NCBI GenBank assembly: GCA_977017645.1
Contig: OZ360219.1
Coordinates: forward strand, 275,156,001-275,220,000
Length of the DNA stretch: 64,000 bases
From: Torpedo marmorata
Lineage: Eukaryota
Direction: 5' to 3'
Part shown: in pieces, positions 38,645-47,982 of the stretch
Numbering within the stretch: position 1 is the stretch's first letter
How the letters are laid out: each line of letters begins with the position of its first letter
Position numbers and translations under genes: made by a program
Notes under the pieces: generated by a model
Seen by the model: the letters and a program-made list of their open reading frames with translations, nothing else
Databases searched by the model: none
What the model was told of the DNA's origin: nothing

Positions 38645-41600
38645 ACTGCTCATCATATTGCTGTGCTTCTTCACTCTTACATTCGTTTTGTGACAAATAA
38701 ATGTCTTTCTGGGAGAGGGAATTATTTTGCTTCGTTAACAGAATGTTGGTGTGCTCCAGGTTGTTAATTGGCACAGCATCTCAAGGATTTTTTTCATTGC
38801 AGTGGTCCAGAGCATTTTATCCTTTTATTTTGAACTCTATTGTTTAAATATCCATTGATGCTTTTTAATGCAACAAGTTATGCAGCACTGAAAAGTATGC
38901 TGAAGGTATGAATAACTTATTTGAACATTTTAACTACCTTTATTTTGGAGGGAGGAAGTGGATTACAGCTAAAGAATCACCATAAGGTCTGCATCGCATT
39001 TTTAATTTAGTAACTAACATATGAATACATTTGCATATTAATTAGTTGCAGATTAAATCATGCATACATAAGAGCTTCCTTACTGCGTTCAGTGTTTGTC
39101 AAAAGCCCCAAGTCTAAGATGACGACTGCTGCGTAAAAGAGTACTCGGTGTTGTTTTTTATATATTTTTATTTAGGTATTTCATCATTCATAAATGTTTT
39201 AAAATTTTGGGTAGTCTTGCAAAATGACATCTTACACCTGCATGTCCCTTCTAAGCCTAATTTTTGTGCATCAAATTCCTGTTCATCATGTTAAACACCT
39301 CCTTAATTGCATAGCATATCACTGTTAACTCTTTAAACGCAGATTCTTTTTGAATACTTTAATTTTAAGATATGTATAGGTTTATCCTCAGTTGCATGTG
39401 GTAAATGTGTAATGTAATGTAGCAGCATATGCCCGTATGTATTCTTCTTACAAAACTCAACTCCATTAAAGCCTCGTGAACCAAATTTTGGAAAGTCTGC
39501 AACATACATATACTGTCATTTCTTGCATTTTGCGTACAATGATGAATTTCTGCCTTGTTAATTCTTCCATTCTCCTTAAAATGTGTGAATTAATATTTTT
39601 TCCTTTGTCTCTTAATTTAATAATTAATTTGCATTGAAACCAAATAAGAATTATTAGCACTGGTTAGACATATGTTGCAAGCAATATCCTTTTATTTGCA
39701 TCCGTATAGAGAAAATTTCAGCTTACATATTGTTCCAAACTCTCTGAACGTCTTTGTAAATTGAGAAACAAAATGTATATTGTCTGCCTAATAAAGAGCA
39801 AGCCATAATTGGAGCAAGTGAAATCTAGTTTTCTAATCCAGGTTAATTGTGAAACATCCAGTAAAGCTTCTTCATTTTGGAATTATCACTAAATCATATT
39901 GCTGCCTACTGTCTTGGGCACTGATTTAAGTGAAAAAACATGGAGGGAAAGAGGAAGGAGGTTATCTCCTATCTTAGATTAGGCACGTGCCAGCTATGAT
40001 CCAGCTGTGAAGTATCAGTGCACTCCAAAACCCGTAAAGATGGCAGGATGAGGTTTTAGGTGATTAGTGCTTGTGATGACGCCATTGAAAATACTGTAAG
40101 AAATTAGTTATATGAGCATTAGCAAGAGAATCAAATACACAATACAGCAAATTGTTCTTGGGCAATGGCTTCTTGCATCTTCACTTGCTTTCCTCCATTA
40201 TCTGAAGAAATATTAATTTCCTTTTCACCTAACCATTTTACCAAATAATATTTGGTAAATCAAATGTGTTCTTCTACAAATAACAATACCCCATTTTCTT
40301 CATTCTTTTTATTTTATGGTGCTCAGATTGCAAATATTTTGACCTGCCAGGTTCTTTCATACTTGCTTTATTTTCCCCCTCACATGCAATTATGGCTATT
40401 AATTTTCTAGTTCTAATATTACTGTAGTCCAGTGTTTGCAAAGGGAGTTTGGTGAAGTCAATTGTAATTCTTTGAATTGCATCTGGAACTGGCCAGAAAT
40501 TGAGACCTTTTGCCAGCTCAACAGTTGTGGATGAAGAACAATTTTCATTGGGGAGAGTGAAATTTTCATCAGCAAATTTAAGTAATTTCATGGGTCGGAT
40601 TTGACAGCCTGCAGTCAGCAAATGTCAGCCAATTAGTTCAGATCAATCGCCAGCCAGGGACGAAAAGAATGTTTGCATTGATGTCATCTATACCCTTACT
40701 GAGTAACCTTTCCATCAAGAGGATTTCTTTAAAATTGAATGCTGGAAATTGAAAATTAAGAAGTGGGAATACTTTAAATAAATACCCTTAGTGTTAAATG
40801 GATAGGTTAATATTTCAAGTCACACCCTTCTTTCAAATCTGAAAGAAAGTCTGTAAATTGAAAAAAATCAAAGTCTGTCCTTGCTTAATGTGAAAGAGCT
40901 TTTGTGTGTTTCTGAGAAATGTGGAGTAGAATTTCAGGTTTTCTGAAATTGACTCCCCAAATCCCACCCTGGTTCCCTGTATGGACATCATATGTAATTT
41001 TCCAGCACTTAAAGGGTAAAGAACGAATCAGTAAGCTCGATGTCCTTTTTTTCACCTTTCCTATTTCTTGTTTGTAAACTCATGGGTCTGACACTTCAGC
41101 TAATTTGTCAGAGGCTGAAAACCTTCTCAAAAGCCGTGTTTAATGTGTTTCACTGCTGTTGCAATATCTCTAACATTGGCTCCATTGGGACAGAGTCCCA
41201 TGAAGCCATCTGCATCTTCAGTCCAAGAAAGCACAAAATCATCCAGGGTACTTCCCCCAATCATTCGAAGCAACTGCAGAAAAAGTGTTGACATGTGGAT
41301 GTCAGGTGAGGATGAGATGATCTGTGATGATTTCACAGCAAAATAGCCCGCTGGCTTCTCTTGGTTTAGACTTACACAAAAGCTAGAGCAGTTTAAATAG
41401 AGTGCAGAGGGAAATTATTGCTGGTGGAGTTGCATCTTAATACAAATTTTTACCTTTGAAATAAGAGCATACTACATACTGAAGTCTCGAGTATTGCTGT
41501 TTTTTAAGTGTCATTCTCATTAAGCCTCAAAGGGTGGGGAGCTTATTCCTGGAGAAGTACACCCCCAACACTCCCTGCCATCTAATTTCATTCTGGGTTG

Positions 41601-42849
41601 TTAAGTAAGACTTCCTTGTTGTTAAGGTGAGTGGGTAGGGGGGGGAGGTGGGAGGGGAGCAGGAAATACAAGTTAGATGGCGTTTCAGGAAAAGAAAATG
41701 ACATGCAAGTAGAAAATAACTGTTTTTTGACAATTTCCTGCAGAATGCAAGTTTTTGAATTAGGCCATCAGAAACAAGCAAATTGGAAATCGGAATAAAC
41801 ACCATGGAGCCAATGTGCTGGGTCATTAAAGCTTCTAAACTACAGAAAGTCAGGTTAATTAGATTGAAATTATGCAAGCTTTTTCACAAACAAGCATGTC
41901 AAGTGGCAAATGTCCTCCTATCTTCTGTGCTGGCTTTTTATATTTGTTGTTTCTTTGGTTGAATATTGTGCACCTAAATCTTGAGTGTTCAGTTCATCTC
42001 ACAGCAATCTATGTGCAACCAAGGTGCAGTCTTTATACGACTAACATGCATCGCGTTGTTGGGGGTTTGGTCCTCACTGTGCTTGATGGTGGTGAACTAA
42101 TCACAGAGACTCACTGAGGATTAGGCAAAGACTGGAGTTTTACCCACAAATGGTTCCACGTCCATCTCTGATTTTTACAATAAACTTTTAGTACATGTTT
42201 ACTTTGTGTTGTTAATATTTAGAGGGGTGGTTCTCAGTATTCAGAATGGAAGGGTGGGGGCTGGTGGGTGCAGTGGTTTTATATAGTTAAATATAATGAA
42301 GATTAAAAAAACATTGGAAGTCATAATTACAGGTCAAGATAAAAAGAAAAAGGCAGGATAATGTTTCAAAAGTGTGAAAGGCCTTTGCAGGGAATTGTGG
42401 AATTCATTTTGGACTGCTCTGCTCTAAGTACATTAGACACTTTAAGGATGATTTTAAAAAAAGCAAATGTGAAATGTGTCAGATTGACAACTCACTGTTC
42501 TAATGAGAAGAAATCCTCAAAGCATGAAATTGGAATGAAATGTGTGATTATAATTCAAGTACTGTTTACTCCACTCTCCTGGGACTCAACATAAATACTG
42601 TGAGAGCAAGTCAGGTAGACAAAAGCATTATCCCACACCCTTCTCTCAGCAAGACGCAACTGTAGGCTTCAGCTGACATTTTCTAACCTAACTTTAACAT
42701 GGTCTGCTCTCTTCTATGTGTATGTGTTGTTGTCACTGGACATAGAAAAAGAGAAAAGACATGGTTTAATTATTAAAATTCATTATGGAGAATTTTGGGA
42801 GGCTCAGATAGCATTAGCTTCGGAATATGCAAATTATTTAGTTTCATTT

Positions 42850-43675
42850 GGGATCAATTCCCAAAGGTCCCGTTTCCCATGGTGCTCTGAATTTGGCAAA
42901 GGGGAAACCTGTTTCCCTGTTTAAATGCTGCTGCGGGTTTTTTTTTCTGGAAAGAAAATTCTTTTAAATCGGGTGTTGTTTTTCTTCTGTGTTGTCCGAT
43001 GTGATAGTCCGGTTTGCTGCTGCTTAAGTCGACTAGCTCTTGCTCTGTGGTTGACCGGGAAGTCTGAAACCTGCCTATTTTAGCTGGGGTCATTTTGATC
43101 TCCACTAGTAGTTCTTCAGCAGCTGTGTACAATGCTGGGAGCTAGCCAGGAACAGAGACAGATGGTGGAGTTATTAGATGTGCATCATACGATTCCCTTC
43201 CTGCCACTAGCTTTTTAATCAAATTAAAAGAAAAAAAAGGAGTCAATTAACTGCATTTGTATTCAGCTCAATAATGTACCCTATTCTACTTTACCCCAAG
43301 GCAATTGAGTGGAAACCTGTAAAGTGGGGAGAGGCTATAGGTGAAGTTTTTTCCAATTTCTAGGATCGGTGATGTTTCACAGACTTAATCAAATACAGCG
43401 GAAAGTTGAATCTTCCATGCATTTTTAGGAAGTCAGTCTCATTTGGTACTGGGCCTGCTTCCAGTTTTCACTCTGGGAAGTGAGTCGCTAGAGAGTCATT
43501 GCCACCCCCCTCCCCTCCATCACGTCAAAAATGGTCTCTTCCTGCTTTGCATATTCACCATGCTCGGCCTGGCCATATGGGAAAATGCAACTGAAGGAAT
43601 TGTTGTGAAAAAAAAGACGGCTGAGTTTGAAATAAAAGTTGTTAGTGTGATACTGAAGAAAAGAATAAAAGGACC
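42850..43675 (+). promoter_or_regulatory. TCF4: Probable internal promoter / 5' UTR of the TCF4-A isoform
   Basis: Immediately upstream of the alternative first coding exon; repeat-free with some retained CpGs; ETS-like CCGGGAAGT (~43055), E-boxes CAGCTG/CAGATG (~43120, ~43159), C-rich tract and CRE-like TCACGTCA (~43520). The transcription start cannot be determined from sequence. Confidence 0.55.
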
Positions 43676-43744
43676 ATGTATTGTGCATACACAATACCCG
43701 GGATGGGTGGCAACTCATTAATGTACTACTATAATGGAAAAGCG
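43676..43744 (+). CDS. TCF4: TCF4 (E2-2/ITF2) alternative first coding exon of the short TCF4-A isoform
   Basis: GGACC-ATG (A at -3) encodes MYCAYTIPGMGGNSLMYYYNGKA, ending at a phase-0 donor GCG|GTAAGT. Matches the human TCF4-A N-terminus as I recall it; the TCF12 paralogue reads MYCAYPVPGMGSNSLMYYYNGKT. Confidence 0.93.
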
Positions 43745-46700
43745 GTAAGTTGAGCTGTTGTACAAGGAATATATTAGGAAGTTTGTTTTATCCATAGTTT
43801 AAGAAATAGGTTAGAAAACTGCTTTGAGTTACCTTGCTGGCTGTCCGGTACATTTTGGTCACCAGAGTTTTATGTTACTTTTTTTACTGTTTTTACTTAA
43901 CGATTAACTTACTGTCTTATCTCAGTAAAAAAAAGTATATTCATATATATATATAGTTTGGAAAAGTTGGTTACAATTTATTTTTGAGAAACTGATGCAT
44001 TCTGTAATAAAATGTATGCAGATGGTTATATTAGTGCGGGGAGGAAAAAGTGCTGTCTGGAAATTTTGCGCGATGTGATGCTGAAGGTTTATTCTAGCCA
44101 TCTGGATGTTTATTTTTTTCATTGACTGGGCCCTGGGAGAATGACTGGAAGTGTTTTTTTTCCACCCCCAGCATTCTTCTCTCCATCCCCTATCTGCCCC
44201 ACTCCTGCTTTACAACCAGAAAGACGGAAAGATACAATTTTGGAAGATTTGGAGGGAAGTGGTTACTGAGCGCATATTTATTTTCCTCCTTGTTGAGTTC
44301 ACTCCATCTGATTCTAATCAGGTTAGGGTACTTAGGCCAAAAGGGAGCTATTACAGCCTTCACCAGGGCCCATTTGAACTGAGAGGATGGAGTCGAGCGG
44401 TTTTTAGTTTCACAGACAAAAAAACTGTGTATACAGATGAACATCTGTGAAATTGTAGCTTGCCAGCTAATATAACTTTTAATTTAACCTTCCACAGATG
44501 CAGAGTTTTTTTTATAATTAAAAAAAGTTAAGTGCAGGAATCACTGATATCTTATGCTGTTTTCAATTTTATTCTAAGTCATTTTTTTCTGCTTATGTTC
44601 ATCTCACATTCCTAGAAGATTGGACAATGGTAGACCTGTTTTAAAGAGTAATTACAAAGCAACTGCTTTAATTATTTGCAACTCTATAAGACAGAAAAAA
44701 CAGATTGTGTTATTTCACAAGGTAACCAGAAATTTAGTCAGATGGCTGTAGGAGCAGTCCCTAAACAGCGTTGTGCTATATTGAAATAACCTCGATTAAT
44801 ATTATTCACTAGAAACAAAATAATGGCATAGATATTTGAGTTAATTTATTTATAAACAACATTAAAAATACTTGGAATTTTAATTGCTACATCAGAACCA
44901 AAGTAATGTATTATGACAACAGTTTGGGTCTGCGCCCACTGCAGCAGATCCGATCCGTAGTTCTCAGCTAATGGTAAAACAAACTTCTTTTTTATGGAAA
45001 GTTATATGATTGTTATAATGGGGCACACATACCATAAGCTTTCAGTAAACACAGATCTCTCCTTTGTACACGAACTTGACAATTAGATTTTTGTGCATAA
45101 TACAGCGGGCATTGTTTTGGCTCTGCAACAACATTGCGCCGGGCTTGATATTGTGCCAAACATCTTGCGGAGATTGTTTATGCCGTGTGCTGACCGCTGA
45201 AAGCTGTGGGTAAAGTTTTTATTCACGAGAATTGCGTATATCTTTTTTTAAAAATTCTATTATTATCTTCAAATTTTTTTCATGATGTATTCACAGCAAA
45301 AAAAACTACTGGCAAGCTTTTACTAATTTGATTTGGTACTTTATTTGTAACGATGGACGAAACATCGCGCATCAGTGACAAGCAAAACAACTCGTAAGGT
45401 TCTGTGGAGTCTCCGACTGATTTTGGCAACAGATAGCTTTAGGCAGAGAAGACAGAAAAAAAATCAGAATAATGAATAAACAAAAGAAAAACAAAAGGCT
45501 ACACAGCAACCTAATTATGAGGCATCGCCGTTATTTAAATTAGAGAGCAAGGAATGCAATTGTTATTGTTATGCATATTCACCCATTTAAAAATAATTTT
45601 GTGTTTTGGATTTAATTTTTTGTTATCTCTAACAGTGAACATGCTATAATTTTAAGTAGGTTATTCCAGGCTTTTCTGAAAATTGCATGAAAAAAATTGA
45701 GATACTCCAATTTAATTGTGGTCATTTTGTTGGAAATTGCATTACACAGGTTCAAAGAGTGAAGTTTTTTTTAAACCCATTTGAGAACTGTGGGTGGTTG
45801 AATTTCTTTTAAAACTGCAAAATTTAAACCTCCATGTAAATAAATTGGTTTAAAAAAAAGGAAATGAACAAGTATATTTGCAGAAATGAACAGTGTTTGC
45901 AAATGCACAGTGTTGGTTGACAAAATCTTTCTGTGTAGCATTGCAAATTCTTTCATTGAATCAACCCGTACATAATGCTTCAAACATTTAGTTTTAGCAA
46001 CTCCCATTTTTTATGTAGTGCTGCCGTTTACAAACAAAGCAGAGAAAATATAAGATTGTAATTGATCTTTTCAAATTCTGTCTTTTTTGAAGGGTTTTTA
46101 AAAAGCAGTATATTGCTTGCTTGCTGGCAAAATTAATTTTCCAAATAAATTTTCTGATAGAAAATGGGGTTTGAAGGTTAATTTGTAGTAAATTAAACAT
46201 TGTAAATCCTTAACAATAAACTGCAAAAATATAGTACAAAGTACTGCCTCATTTAAATAAAATGGTTATTCCGCCCTTCACAAAAACATGAGCGGGGGCG
46301 GTTGTTATTCATGTGTTAACCTCTTTTCGCATGTGAATTATGCTGGGGTAATATTTTCTGACATGAGTAATTTATTGAGTACAGTGATTTTTCTTTATTT
46401 TAAAAAATATCTGGTCACTTCTTAAAACTCAGCTGGTGAAAAGATTTGCTCTCACCCACTGAATAACTCAAAATGTAAGACACACTTAAAACAACCTGAA
46501 ATAAAGCAGGAAAATGTCAAAAAGACAAAACATTTATTAATGTTGCGTTTCAGATTTTGGCTTTAAAGCAGGACTGAAGTACATTCATGTGGATAGGGTA
46601 AGGTGGGTGGGAAAGTGGGAATGAAGAGTTCCAATGTTGACGTCATAAATCATATTTTTAACATTGAACTTGAATATTTAAATAAACCTTGAAAAAAGAT

Positions 46701-47544
46701 TTCAGTTGGCGATCCAAAGTTAAGAAGTTTTTTTTTCTGATTTTAATGACAAATATTGCTGTGCAGCAGATTACGCGAATGTCCATGTTTATGGTAGCTT
46801 AGCTTGCAAATGGCTATAGCGGTTTGAATTTTTCTCGCATTGTTGTACTGTGTGAGTGGTACCCATTTTGTGTCATGATTAATATAGGACCAACCAAGTT
46901 AACACAACATAAATTGACAATATTACTTTGTTATTTTCTATCATCCAAAATTACAAAATTGTAAAATCAAAATCCAAAAATTGTTAAATTGCATGATGTG
47001 AATGGAAAAAAAATAAGTTGGAGATCTAGAAAATGACAGTATCATCATCAATTGTAGTCTGCTGGGGAGCTACTTTATTCCCTTGACAAAGTTTATTGAA
47101 TTGATCATGTTTCTGATTGCTTAAAGCAAGTGTACACGACTGGGAGCAATTCAGCTAGGGACTATTCTTAGGTACATTTTTGTTTAGAGAAGAATCATGA
47201 TTGAACCTGAAAAATTAGTGTAATAAATTCTATAATTTTGTTGTAATATATTTTAATTTCTATTTTAATTGAATGAAATAGAATCACCAGTTTGGTATTT
47301 AGATAACATTTGCTAGACTGCGAGATGAGCAAATTAACAACAATGGGGGTAAAGACTGGAAGAGGAAAATAAAATGATTGAGGTTTTTTTTAATCTGAAG
47401 TACCGTATTTGACGGCATATAAGACCCACTTTTTTTTCCCAAAAATTGGCTCCAAAATATCCCCCGGGTCTTATATGCGAAGTTGAAATTAGGGTGATAA
47501 TGGTGAGTAACGCCAACAGTGATCATCATCGCTGCGTGGCTTAG

Positions 47545-47669
47545 TATCGGGGAGGGAGGGATCCCCCGCTGTCTGCCTGGCCCCGGTGTCAGGAAGGGAG
47601 GGATCCCCCGCTGTCCGCCCGGTATTGCGCCTGGCCCCGATATCAGGGAGGGAGGGATCCCCCGCTGTT
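47545..47669. repeat. Three ~29-bp direct repeats (GGGAGGGATCCCCCGCTGT core)
   Basis: Units at 47545-47573, 47587-47615 and 47641-47669. Confidence 0.9.
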
Positions 47670-47686
47670 CACTTGGCATTGCCGCG

Positions 47687-47982
47687 ATGGCTGCTGAGCA
47701 GGTCGCCGGCTACTCGCCCAGCTTCAAGAAGTCCGCAGAGGTGCTGCGGCTGTCCAGGAAGCGGGCCTGCAGCTTTGCGGGCCACCTTCCCTCGGGTGGC
47801 CTGTACTTTTCGGAGCTACCGCTCACTTCCCCCGGTGAGAAGGCCGAGCACGGCGGCCCTGCCAGCAGTGCAAGAGGTGCAGGAGGAACCCGTTCGCAAA
47901 CATCGCCAACACCCATGGGTTGCCGGTGGGGACCCCGGGCTCTGGGGCTGGGCAGCCTGCTGAGGAGAAGCCGCACAGCAAA
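47687..47982 (+). pseudogene. DONSON: Captured DONSON exon-1-like fragment (frameshifted)
   Basis: GCCGCG-ATG-G encodes MAAEQVAGYSPSFKKSAEVLRLSRKRA (human DONSON recalled as [26 protein letters not shown]); a shifted frame from 47881 gives RRNPFANIAN (human RRNPFARLDN); ends at AAA|GTGAGT. Confidence 0.8.

Noticed and set aside
38459-38774. His-Thr / Cys-Val repeat ORFs
   Set aside because: Translations of the (TG)n microsatellite.
41040-41346. Overlapping 67-83 aa ORFs on both strands near the promoter
   Set aside because: No similarity to TCF4 or any protein I recognise; more likely non-coding regulatory DNA.
43676-43744. Assignment to TCF12 (HEBAlt)
   Set aside because: The diagnostic residues TI, GG and terminal A match TCF4 as recalled, not the PV, GS and T of TCF12.
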